In this document: in pieces, positions 10,821-19,827 of the stretch
Layout: every line of letters starts with the position of its first letter
How positions within the stretch are numbered: the first letter of the stretch is position 1
Sequence record: DRR723986_14244
Strand: one strand, 5' to 3'
Length of the DNA stretch: 64,000 bases
Position numbers and translations under genes: made by a program
Notes under the pieces: generated by a model
What the model saw: only the letters and a program-made list of their open reading frames with translations
Database searches by the model: none
Told to the model about the DNA's origin: nothing

Positions 10821-11582
10821 CTAATGTTTAAAAAATGCTTTAATCTTTGGATCTTTAGATGCAGATAATTCATTGAACGTACCCACAGCATAATCCTTAC
10901 CGTCTATTAGTAATATCATTCTATCAGAAATAACTCTAGCACAATCCACATCGTGCGTTATTATTAATGATGATGTTCCATATTCTTTCTGAATGTCTTG
11001 TATTAGAATAATAATCTCTTTTGCCGTAATTGGATCTAAACCACTTGTTGGCTCATCGTACAATATTATTTTAGGTTGTAATATCAATGTTCTGGCTAAT
11101 GCAATACGTCGTTTCATACCTCCAGATAATTCAGCTGGCATTAAGTCAATAGCATCTACTAATCCTACACTTTCTAATGCCTCAATGACTAATTTTTCTG
11201 TATCCATATTATCACCAAATTTATCGGTATGTCGTCTTAGAGGAAATTCTAAATTCTCTCGTACAGTCATAGAATCATAGAGTGCACTACCTTGAAATAG
11301 AAAACCTATATCAGCTCTCAAAATATCTAATGCTTCTCGTGTTAATTTAGTAATATCGTTATCCATAACTGTAAGAGTTCCACTATCTGCTTCCATTAAA
11401 CCCACTAAACATTTTATCATTACGGATTTGCCTGATCCAGACTTACCCATTATCACCAAATTTTCACCTTGATATAAGGTCATATTAAACCCATTGAGGA
11501 CATGATTGTCTCCAAAGCTTTTATACAAATCCTTTATCTGTAATACTTTAACGCGGTCTGATATGTTATTCTTGGATGTCAT
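10821..11582 (-). CDS. mlaF: ABC ATPase, MlaF family
   Basis: GKSGSGKS, LSGGM, YDEPTSGLDP. Confidence 0.88.
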   Translation of the reverse strand: MTSKNNISDRVKVLQIKDLYKSFGDNHVLNGFNMTLYQGENLVIMGKSGSGKSVMIKCLVGLMEADSGTLTVMDNDITKLTREALDILRADIGFLFQGSALYDSMTVRENLEFPLRRHTDKFGDNMDTEKLVIEALESVGLVDAIDLMPAELSGGMKRRIALARTLILQPKIILYDEPTSGLDPITAKEIIILIQDIQKEYGTSSLIITHDVDCARVISDRMILLIDGKDYAVGTFNELSASKDPKIKAFFKH

Positions 11583-12361
11583 AAATCATAAAAAATATCA
11601 GTAACAAAAACAGCTATAAAATCTATAATAAAGAGTAATAAGGATGTAAATACTACAGCAGAGTTTGCCGCTTTCCCAACACCTGCAGTTCCTTTTTTAC
11701 AGTAGTACCCTTTAAAACAACCCACTAAACCAATTGCTAGACCAAAAAAGAAAGATTTGGCTGTTGCTGGTATTATATCACCAAACTCCAAAGAATCAAA
11801 AACCTGATTAAAGAATAACATAAATGAAACATTACCTTTAACGTTTTCAACCAAAAATGATCCAAACAATGCGATGGCATCTCCAAACACCACTAACAAT
11901 GGTAACATAAACGTTACAGCCAATACTCTTGTTACCACTAAATATTTAAATGGATTTGTGCCTGAAACTTCCATAGCATCAATTTGCTCTGTTACGCGCA
12001 TTGAACCCAATTCTGCACCAATACCAGACCCTATTCTACCTGCACATACCAGCGCTGTAATTATAGGGCCAATTTCTCTTACAATTGAGATTCCAACCAT
12101 AGAAGGCATCCAAGAAACCGCACCAAACTCCATTAAAGTGGGTCTTGTCTGTAGTGTTAAAACTAAGCCTATAATAAATCCTGTAATACCCACAAGTAGT
12201 AAGGATCGGTTACCCATATGATAACACTGTCGGGTAAACTCCTTAAATTCAAAAGGGCGTTTTAAAGCTTCCTTAAAAAAGCGACCTGTAAAAAAAGACA
12301 ACTCACCTATTTCAATGAAGAAAGATTCAACCTGAGTTTTTATGGTGTTAAATACCAACAT
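11579..12361 (-). CDS. mlaE: ABC permease, MlaE family
   Basis: REIGP...GRIGSGIGAELGSMRVTEQIDAMEV signature. Confidence 0.92.
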   Translation of the reverse strand: MLVFNTIKTQVESFFIEIGELSFFTGRFFKEALKRPFEFKEFTRQCYHMGNRSLLLVGITGFIIGLVLTLQTRPTLMEFGAVSWMPSMVGISIVREIGPIITALVCAGRIGSGIGAELGSMRVTEQIDAMEVSGTNPFKYLVVTRVLAVTFMLPLLVVFGDAIALFGSFLVENVKGNVSFMLFFNQVFDSLEFGDIIPATAKSFFFGLAIGLVGCFKGYYCKKGTAGVGKAANSAVVFTSLLLFIIDFIAVFVTDIFYDL

Positions 12362-12411
12362 TTAATACAGTTTATACAAAGTAAATTTAAGGTAATAGTA
12401 GCATCAAGTAA

Positions 12412-12448
12412 ATGATATACATCAGCTATAAGGACTGATTGATATCAT
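12412..12448. promoter_or_regulatory. two back-to-back FNR-like boxes serving divergent promoters
   Basis: ATGATATACATCAG (12412-12425; minus -7 TAAATTTA at 12382-12389) and CTGATTGATATCAT (12435-12448; plus -7 TATTTTAG at 12471); both 22-nt spacing. Confidence 0.72.
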
Positions 12449-12480
12449 TTTAAAGTAACTTAAATACCTCTATTTTAGTA

Positions 12481-12717
12481 ATGAAAATCATAAAAATGAG
12501 AGCAACTGTACACATAGAAAATATAGAGTGTTGTGGTTGTGAGAGAATTATTAGTAGTCTTTCACGAATTTCAAATATTAGTGATGTAGAAGTCAATTCT
12601 TTAGCAAAAACAGTGTCTTTTAATTATCATACAAATCATGATTTTGAAAATGCTAAACATGTGCTTTCAAGAATTGGATATCCAATTGTTGGTAGAGAAA
12701 GCCAGCTATATCTATAA
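12481..12717 (+). CDS. heavy-metal-associated (HMA) domain protein
   Basis: ECCGC metal-binding motif, LSRIGYP terminal loop. Confidence 0.75.
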   Translation: MKIIKMRATVHIENIECCGCERIISSLSRISNISDVEVNSLAKTVSFNYHTNHDFENAKHVLSRIGYPIVGRESQLYL

Positions 12718-12745
12718 GAGCTCTTAATCAAAATTCATTGATAAC

Positions 12746-13663
12746 ATGTACAAGTATTATCTATCAATATCAATTCTCCTTCTAATTTTCTTTAAGTTAG
12801 GTGATATCTCTGAGTTAAATTCTGAAAATCAACTTATTAAAGGAACTTATATTCAAATAAATAAAGATTCAATTACTATTAATAATAATGTTACGATTGA
12901 CACGTATTTTACATTCATTGATTCATTAGTTACAAAATATGATTCACTGACGTCCTATCCACTTTCTGAGCATTTATTAGTTAGGTTAAACCCATGGATT
13001 ATAGATACTCTTAAAAACACAGATTATTATTTAATGAAAGTAAAGGATTCATTCATCTACGATCAAAAAAAGATGATTGCATTACCAAAAGGAAATATGA
13101 TAATAATACCTGATTCGCTCAATGCTGGCAAAATGCAATCTAATTTTAAAAACACAATGCTTGATATTAACATACCAGAGTTTAAATTCCGTATCTATGA
13201 AGATTCCATTTTACTATATGAATTTCCGATTAGAGTCGGTCAAAATAGAAAAAGGTACTTAGAAATGTCAGGAAGAGTTCAAGATTTAAGGACGATTTCT
13301 GGAGAAGGTAAAATTGTAAATCATATTAGAAATCCTTGGTACATAAATCCAGTAGATAATCACCGATACAAATTCACTAAACGTGATGATGGAAAAACTA
13401 CAAAACTGCCTCAAATACCTTTCATTGAAACTGAAATAAACGGTTTTAGACATGGTCAATTAATTCATCCTACAACAAATCCAAATACGCTAGGCAAAGC
13501 GCACTCAAATGGTTGTATTGGAACCAATGAAGCAGATGCCTGGATTATTTATTACTATGCGCCAATTTCAACACGAATACATATCAGATATGATTTACAT
13601 CAAGAAAATGAAAAAGGAGATACAATTGTACTTAAAGATATTTATAACTTAAAAAAATCTTAA
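12746..13663 (+). CDS. L,D-transpeptidase (YkuD family)
   Basis: INIPEF..., IHPT...LGKAHSNGCIG catalytic motif. Confidence 0.85.
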   Translation: MYKYYLSISILLLIFFKLGDISELNSENQLIKGTYIQINKDSITINNNVTIDTYFTFIDSLVTKYDSLTSYPLSEHLLVRLNPWIIDTLKNTDYYLMKVKDSFIYDQKKMIALPKGNMIIIPDSLNAGKMQSNFKNTMLDINIPEFKFRIYEDSILLYEFPIRVGQNRKRYLEMSGRVQDLRTISGEGKIVNHIRNPWYINPVDNHRYKFTKRDDGKTTKLPQIPFIETEINGFRHGQLIHPTTNPNTLGKAHSNGCIGTNEADAWIIYYYAPISTRIHIRYDLHQENEKGDTIVLKDIYNLKKS

Positions 13664-13667
13664 TCAG

Positions 13668-14663
13668 CTAATCCGTTAGCTCGTTCTCAGTATTAATGTT
13701 CTTTTCCCAACAATTGAGATTATAAATTGTAGTTTCTGCAATATTAGTCAAAGCTTCTTCAGTTAAAAATGCATGATGACCAGTAATTAAAACATTTGGA
13801 AAAGCATGTAAATTAATCAGCATATCATCGTCATATGGAATATCTAAAGAATGGTCTTTAAAAAAGACTCCCTTCTCATTTTCATATACATCTATACCTA
13901 ATGCACCTATTTTTTTAGATTTTAATCCTTCAATGATGTGACTAGTATTCAAAACAGCTCCTCTTGCCGTATTTATTATCACCACACCATCTTTCATTTC
14001 TGAAATAATATCTTCATTGATAAGATAATGAGTATCCTCATTTAATGGTACGTGTAAAGAAATAATATCTGATTCAGCGCATAAATTCACCAAAGATGTG
14101 TACTTCATATTATATTTATTTTCCAATTCTTCATTTAGATCTATATCATATCCCAATAACTTACAACCAAATCCATGCATAATTTTACTCATCACAGATC
14201 CAATTTTACCAGTTCCTATTATACCAACAGTTTTTTCGTTTAAATCATATCCTACTAATTGATTTATATTAAAATTAAACTGAGATACGCGTCTACTGGA
14301 TTCAATTAATTTTCTATTAATTGCCAGTAATAAGGCGACTGCATGTTCCGCAATGGCATAAGGAGAATACGAAGGAACATTAGCCACTTTTATGCCTAAT
14401 CTTGAAGCCGCTCTTAAATTCACATTATCATACCCAACTGAACGTAAAGTGATATATCTTACACCAAAATCCTTTAGTTTTTCGATAGTTAAGAAACAGG
14501 CTTCATCTGCTGAAAAAATAGATATCACATCATAACCAACAGCCTTTATAGCTGTTTTAGACTTTAAAGCATCCTTTATAAATGTAAGGTTATGTTTTTT
14601 TGAATTTGCTTGTTTTAAATATGGAATTTCAAATTCCCTAGCACTATAAACTAGAACTTTCAT
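13668..14663 (-). CDS. ldhA: D-lactate dehydrogenase-like 2-hydroxyacid dehydrogenase
   Basis: VPSYSPYAIAEH, GTGKIG, INTARG, DVYENE, TGHHAFLT. Confidence 0.85.
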   Translation of the reverse strand: MKVLVYSAREFEIPYLKQANSKKHNLTFIKDALKSKTAIKAVGYDVISIFSADEACFLTIEKLKDFGVRYITLRSVGYDNVNLRAASRLGIKVANVPSYSPYAIAEHAVALLLAINRKLIESSRRVSQFNFNINQLVGYDLNEKTVGIIGTGKIGSVMSKIMHGFGCKLLGYDIDLNEELENKYNMKYTSLVNLCAESDIISLHVPLNEDTHYLINEDIISEMKDGVVIINTARGAVLNTSHIIEGLKSKKIGALGIDVYENEKGVFFKDHSLDIPYDDDMLINLHAFPNVLITGHHAFLTEEALTNIAETTIYNLNCWEKNINTENELTD

Positions 14664-14713
14664 GGCAATTGTTATTAGATAAGTAAAACTATCTAATTCT
14701 TAAAAGCCTTGAA

Positions 14714-14727
14714 ATGATATTGCTCAT
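14714..14727 (-). promoter_or_regulatory. FNR-like box upstream of ldhA
   Basis: ATGATATTGCTCAT, 22 nt from minus-strand TAGTTTTA (14684-14691). Confidence 0.65.
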
Positions 14728-14748
14728 ATTAAAAGCACGGTGAAGCAA

Positions 14749-14777
14749 CAAAAAACCCACAACAGGCGTTGTGGGTT
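14749..14777 (-). terminator. intrinsic terminator, probably the pre-integration tRNA-Ser terminator
   Basis: AACCCACAAC/GTTGTGGGTT stem with T-run on the minus strand, just beyond the duplicated tRNA 3' end. Confidence 0.7.
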
Positions 14778-14784
14778 CAATTTT

Positions 14785-14813
14785 GCGGAGAAAGAGGTAA
14801 GTGAACCTCTTTC
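14785..14813. repeat. att site (tRNA-distal end)
   Basis: 13-bp copy of the tRNA 3' end plus GAACC after a 5-bp gap; perfect 9-bp inverted repeat GAAAGAGGT-N6-ACCTCTTTC (14790-14813). Confidence 0.88.
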
Positions 14814-14857
14814 GTAGTGCCTTTATTTATTACTGTTTCAGTCCTGTACCATTGTTG

Positions 14858-14876
14858 GGTCACCTAATAGGTCACC
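14858..14876. repeat. putative integrase arm-binding tandem repeat
   Basis: GGTCACCTAATAGGTCACC, identical to 36362-36380. Confidence 0.8.
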
Positions 14877-14904
14877 TTTATACCTTGTAGTAAAGATAAG
14901 GAAT

Positions 14905-15093
14905 TTACTTGATTAATCCTTGTACTTTACTGATTTCAAAGCCCATAAAGTCGCAAAATTCATCGATAGTAACTAACTGATGAGCTTCTTTGTTTAGGCG
15001 TTCTTTAATCGCTTTGATTATTGTTCTGCCATAACGCTCACTCTTTCCTGTTACTACCTGCACGTCTTTAGGGTAAATACAGATTCTACTCAT
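14905..15093 (-). CDS. small hypothetical protein, possibly DNA-binding
   Basis: 62 aa, IYPKDVQVVTGKSERYGR HTH-like segment, at the element end. Confidence 0.65.
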   Translation of the reverse strand: MSRICIYPKDVQVVTGKSERYGRTIIKAIKERLNKEAHQLVTIDEFCDFMGFEISKVQGLIK

Positions 15094-15302
15094 TCACTTT
15101 AAATTTAAAATTAATACTCTAACTATACTTTATCCATACCGTTGCTATAAAGCACTTATATACAATATACGACTAATATCCCATTGAAAAAACTAACTAA
15201 ATCGGAAGTTTTGGCAACTTATAAACACTACGGAAGCACCCTAATACATTGACAGTCAATAGCTCGTATATTTGATATTCATCATCAAAAAATATATTAG
15301 TT

Positions 15303-16052
15303 ATGGCAAAATTAAAAGGTATTATTAAGTTAGAAGGAACGTTAGACAATCTAACTTTTTACAAAGCAAAAGAGGGTTATTTAGTAAAAACTAAAGGCGG
15401 TGTTTCTAAAGAGCGTATTCAAAATGACCCAGCGTTTGAACGTACTCGTGAAAACGGTTCAGAATTTGGAAGTTCTGCATCATCTGGTAAGTTATTGAGA
15501 ACATCAGTTAGAAACTTGATGATTAGAGCAAAAGATAATCGAGTTTCAAGTCGTGTTACTCAAAAAATGACACAAATTAAAAATTTTGATACAACCTCTG
15601 TAAGAGGACAAAGAAATGTCGCTACAGGTTTAGCAACACCAGAAGGTAAAGCTACATTAAAAGGCTTGGATTTCAATAATAGAGCCATTTTAAGTGCTGT
15701 TTTATTCGCTCCGTTTACTGTAGATGGTGCAACTGGTGAAATTACGATTCCAAATTTAACACCTACCAATGATATTGCCTATCCAAGTGGCGCAACACAC
15801 GTAAGTTTAAGTTCAGCATTTCTAAAAGTTGACTTTGATACAACAGATAACGCAATCGAATACAGTCCAACTGTAAATATTCCGATTGATTCAACCTCTG
15901 CAACTCAAACACTAACGCCCGCAGGTGTTCCAACAGGCACAGGAAACGATATATTCGTTTTATTGGTTGAGTTCTTCCAAGAGATTAACGGTGTTCAGTA
16001 TCCGCTTAAAAATGGCGCATATAACGTTTTAAATATCGTTGAAGTAGCATAG
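15303..16052 (+). CDS. hypothetical element-backbone protein
   Basis: 249 aa, basic N-half and beta-rich acidic C-half; -7 box TATATTTG at 15267 and terminator downstream. Confidence 0.8.
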   Translation: MAKLKGIIKLEGTLDNLTFYKAKEGYLVKTKGGVSKERIQNDPAFERTRENGSEFGSSASSGKLLRTSVRNLMIRAKDNRVSSRVTQKMTQIKNFDTTSVRGQRNVATGLATPEGKATLKGLDFNNRAILSAVLFAPFTVDGATGEITIPNLTPTNDIAYPSGATHVSLSSAFLKVDFDTTDNAIEYSPTVNIPIDSTSATQTLTPAGVPTGTGNDIFVLLVEFFQEINGVQYPLKNGAYNVLNIVEVA

Positions 16053-16074
16053 TTTCATTCTGACCTTTGAAGCT

Positions 16075-16110
16075 GAAAGAGTCCTATAATTTTTATTGTA
16101 GGGCTTTTTC
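16075..16110 (+). terminator. intrinsic terminator
   Basis: GAAAGAGTCCTATAAT/ATTGTAGGGCTTTTTC hairpin followed by T-rich tract. Confidence 0.6.
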
Positions 16111-16139
16111 TTTTGCCATAATTTTTTTGAAGAAAAGAA

Positions 16140-16750
16140 AAAAGACAGCCAATGTTAAAGGTAGCGTGGATGATGCTGTCAAGGTTTTTGGGTAAAAGTT
16201 TTTTACTCTAAAATCTTGAAACCTTTTACGAGTGCTTCATAAAAAAGTTTTATTCAAAACCCGTAGGGCTTGACCTTTACAGTATCGAGCGTTGGCTGAT
16301 GGAAGCTACCTATATTTGCTTTCTTTTTTATTTTATTACCTCATCTTACTTTTCCTAAAATGAAAGTTAACGAAATGAAGCAAACAAAGATTTGAGGTAA
16401 GGAATACTTGGACTTAACGATGATTTTGTGCAGTTGAATGAGATAACGTCATTTAGTTTGTAGTTCCAATGTGAGCGTGGGATAAGCGGATATTTTACAT
16501 AATACCAGTTATAGCTACGAAAATATAATAATACTGCGTTAGCAAACCTCTGAAAGGATTTTTGCTACTATAACTTCTATTATGTAACATAGCTTGGGAT
16601 TGGTTTTGTGGCGTAATAATTGTTTGAGCGTTGGCAATGGCTCTTTGCTTTTTTATTGTACCAATTTTATAAAATAACGACGTTTAAACAAAACAAGCAA
16701 TGTGCCATTATAGCTTTAGATACAAGTATTATGACATAAAACCAATTATG
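16140..16750. other. hairpin-rich non-coding region (possible origin/oriT/ssDNA signal or ncRNA)
   Basis: No ORF; at least four long imperfect inverted repeats. Confidence 0.5.
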
Positions 16751-16863
16751 CATTGGCGTGCGGAACAACACAAAAGACAGAGGATTTTGAGGTACGAAAA
16801 AACTGGGTTTTGGGTTGTGGGGAATAAAAAAGAGCCTTCCGAAAAAGACTCTTTCATTTTTGT

Positions 16864-17304
16864 TTAATGGTCGTGGTTTGAATGGTCATCACTTTTTTCT
16901 TCACCAGATTGATTCATCATCATTTCGTGGTCGTATTTACAACAACCTGGTAAACCATCATATGCTTCTTCATCACCTGCTACTTTTTCGGTATCATAAC
17001 CTGAAGCTGCGATTGCTTTATGGATTGCCATTGCATCGGTTTTTGTATCATCAAAAGACACATCAATCTTCTTTTTATCGACATCCCAATTAGCACTTGC
17101 AACACCTTCAACACCGTTAGCTGCTTTTTCGATAGTGCTTTTACACATTCCGCAATTTCCTCTTACACCAAAAGACAGGTCTGTCATTGCCATATCTTTA
17201 GACATTTCAGTAGTTGTGGTTTCTGTTTCTTTTTTGGTTTCGTTTTTACAACTTGTTAAACCTAATGCTGCTATTACAGCTACACTTAAAATTACTTTCT
17301 TCAT
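16864..17304 (-). CDS. HMA-domain lipoprotein (Cu/Hg chaperone-like)
   Basis: Lipobox LTSC, GNCGMC, LPGCCKY, His/Met-rich tail. Confidence 0.85.
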   Translation of the reverse strand: MKKVILSVAVIAALGLTSCKNETKKETETTTTEMSKDMAMTDLSFGVRGNCGMCKSTIEKAANGVEGVASANWDVDKKKIDVSFDDTKTDAMAIHKAIAASGYDTEKVAGDEEAYDGLPGCCKYDHEMMMNQSGEEKSDDHSNHDH

Positions 17305-17336
17305 TGTTTAAAATTTAATTGTTATTACTTGATTTA

Positions 17337-19109
17337 TTATTCTATTACTTGTTTTACTTCACCACAGGTTAGCATTGCTTCGCCAAAGTATGGATTGATT
17401 ACTTTTTCTTCTTTACTCAACCAATATGCACCATTGTTGTTATCTGCCATTGGGCAAAATTCTACATAGACCTTTTCATCGACACCAAATAGTTGTACAG
17501 CATTGATTAGATGTGATGATAAATGTTTAAAATGGTCTCTTTGTGATTTTATATCGGACGTTTCAGAAATTGAAGTTGCAGAAGATTTTATTTCGCCTTC
17601 TAATGACATCCAATGGTTATGCGCCTTATTATCTGACAACAATTTCATATCTACTTTATTCAATTTATTTAATAAAGTTGTTGCGTTTGCTGAAGTACTT
17701 TTTGAATCTTCTTTTACTAAAGCATCTTTTAAATTGATATACTCATTGAAAACAGCTTTTAACTGCTCTTGAAATTTCATTGATACTTTCAAACGCTCAT
17801 TCATATTAGTGTGGTCACTTTCTTTGTTGGGTGAATTGTTATCCATACCTAAATGACCTTCGTGTCCAGTCATTACTTTGCCACCATCTTTATTCATCAT
17901 AGACTTTTTGCCTTGTAATTGTGCTGCTGCATCAACCGTAAATGTTCCGTTAGTCACTATTTCATTTCCAACTAATAAACCTTCTAAAACTTCATATTCA
18001 TTACCTATTTGATTACCTAAAACTACTTCTTGCATTTCAAAAACGGTTTGGTCTGGATTTGTTTTTAAGTAAACCACAGAGCGTTCTCCAGTCCATAACA
18101 CAGCAGATGCAGGAATCGATAAGATTTCTTTATTTTCATTCTTAACACTATCAATATTTGCAGACACAAACATTCCTGGTTTAAATACATCATCTTTATT
18201 ATTTAGAACTACACGTAAGGTTATTGTTCTTGTTTTACTGTTCAAAATTGGGTCTATGAAATCGACTTTTCCTTTAAATACCTTATTTGCATTTGCATTG
18301 GTAGATACAGAAACTTCTTGACCTTTTTTAAATAACTCTATCTGGTTTTCATAGACATCAAAATTTGCCCAAACCGTGTTGAGATTGGCAATCTTCAATA
18401 ACGGTTGACCTTGTTTTATGAAATCGCCTTGCTCTACTAATTTTTCGGTAACTGTTCCTGAAACGGTTGCATACACAGGAAAGTTTTCTTTCACTTTTTG
18501 GGTTTCTTCAATCTGATTGATTTGATTTTCAGAGAGCTTCCATAACTTCAATTTATTACGAACCGCTTTGTATAAAGCTGGTTGTGATTCTTTTAAAGAT
18601 GCTGCTGTAATGAGTTCTTGTTGTGCTGCATACAATTCTGGCGAATAAATAGTTGCCAAAAGTTGACCTTTATGAACTTCTTCGCCTGTAAAACTCACAT
18701 TCAAATGTTCAATTCTACCTGAAAAGTAACTTACCTGTACCGCATTGGCTTCTTCATTTTCGGCAATCTTACCAGATAGTTTAATGGTATTGCCTTCTGC
18801 ATTGCCTTTACCGACAACAGTTGTTTGAATATTAGCCAAAGCCATAGCGTTTTCTGTAAGCTTAAATTGGCCTGCTAATAAACCATCACTTCCGCTTTCT
18901 GCAGGAATTAAATCCATACCACAAATGGGGCAATCTCCTGCTGCTGGTTGCATAATCTGTGGATGCATTGAACAGGTCCATAGTTGATTGGTTTCTGTAA
19001 CTGCATCGTGATTATGGTCTGTATCTTCTTTTGATGAGCCACCAAACAGTATCCACCCTAAAAGTAGACCTACAGCTAATATTCCGAGATAAACTATATA
19101 TTTTTTCAT
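17337..19109 (-). CDS. CusB-like RND periplasmic adaptor with heavy-metal-binding and DUF3347-like domains
   Basis: WTCSMHPQI...CPICGMDL, MFP core, C-terminal FCPMA...NPYFGEAMLTCG. Confidence 0.88.
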   Translation of the reverse strand: MKKYIVYLGILAVGLLLGWILFGGSSKEDTDHNHDAVTETNQLWTCSMHPQIMQPAAGDCPICGMDLIPAESGSDGLLAGQFKLTENAMALANIQTTVVGKGNAEGNTIKLSGKIAENEEANAVQVSYFSGRIEHLNVSFTGEEVHKGQLLATIYSPELYAAQQELITAASLKESQPALYKAVRNKLKLWKLSENQINQIEETQKVKENFPVYATVSGTVTEKLVEQGDFIKQGQPLLKIANLNTVWANFDVYENQIELFKKGQEVSVSTNANANKVFKGKVDFIDPILNSKTRTITLRVVLNNKDDVFKPGMFVSANIDSVKNENKEILSIPASAVLWTGERSVVYLKTNPDQTVFEMQEVVLGNQIGNEYEVLEGLLVGNEIVTNGTFTVDAAAQLQGKKSMMNKDGGKVMTGHEGHLGMDNNSPNKESDHTNMNERLKVSMKFQEQLKAVFNEYINLKDALVKEDSKSTSANATTLLNKLNKVDMKLLSDNKAHNHWMSLEGEIKSSATSISETSDIKSQRDHFKHLSSHLINAVQLFGVDEKVYVEFCPMADNNNGAYWLSKEEKVINPYFGEAMLTCGEVKQVIE

Positions 19110-19113
19110 TTCT

Positions 19114-19821
19114 TTATTTTTTTCGTTTTAATAATTTCTTAATTGAAGGTGACGAGGTGTACCACAACAAAAACCCACTTAAAACGGTTATCAATCCTAA
19201 AAGTGAAAATGCTCTCAAAACAATGGTATTAAAATTGTCTCTGCCTTCATAGTCCATAGTATGTGTCATCCAAAGAAAATCAAACCAACGCCAAGAACGA
19301 TGTCTTACGGTTTGAAATTTTCCGTCGCTTACAGAAACGTATGCTTTTAGTGCTTCATCTGTTTTATATGAGATAACATAAGCAGGTAGTAGTTTTTCTC
19401 GATACTCGTGGTGTTTTCCAGTTTCAGTAATTTGCTCAACAGATTCTACCTCTAAACCACTTTTCATATGGTTTTTGGCAATATAGAGTGCCTCATCCTG
19501 CGTAATACTATTTTTTGGCATTCCATCTAAAGCATTATACAATTGCTCTTTATTTATCCAATAGTACGGTGCATTATCAATATCTCTTAATTCAATAGTC
19601 TTTATTCCATTTGAAACATCCATTTCTGAAGGACTTATTAAACTATTAAATGCTTTGGGTTGATACTCCAAGTTTTTAAATTGGTCTCCGTGTATTTCAT
19701 CGATGTTCGTCCAACTAAAGTATAAACCACTAATAGTCCAAAACAGGAATTGAATCCCTAAAAAGAGACCCAAATACCTGTGGGTTTTTCTAATTTTTAA
19801 CGCCGTATGTCTATTTACCAT
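19114..19821 (-). CDS. PepSY-associated TM protein
   Basis: HRYLGL...WTISG and WFDFLWMTHTMDY motifs. Confidence 0.75.
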   Translation of the reverse strand: MVNRHTALKIRKTHRYLGLFLGIQFLFWTISGLYFSWTNIDEIHGDQFKNLEYQPKAFNSLISPSEMDVSNGIKTIELRDIDNAPYYWINKEQLYNALDGMPKNSITQDEALYIAKNHMKSGLEVESVEQITETGKHHEYREKLLPAYVISYKTDEALKAYVSVSDGKFQTVRHRSWRWFDFLWMTHTMDYEGRDNFNTIVLRAFSLLGLITVLSGFLLWYTSSPSIKKLLKRKK

Positions 19822-19827
19822 AACAAT

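Noticed and set aside
14858-14876. GGTCACC repeats as a CRISPR array or IS ends
   Set aside because: No spacer-repeat periodicity, no cas or transposase gene; position fits integrase arm sites
15160-15171. 12-mer ATACAATATACG shared with 34856-34867
   Set aside because: Its reverse complement CGTATATTGTAT resembles an ordinary extended -7 promoter, so it is not clearly element-specific
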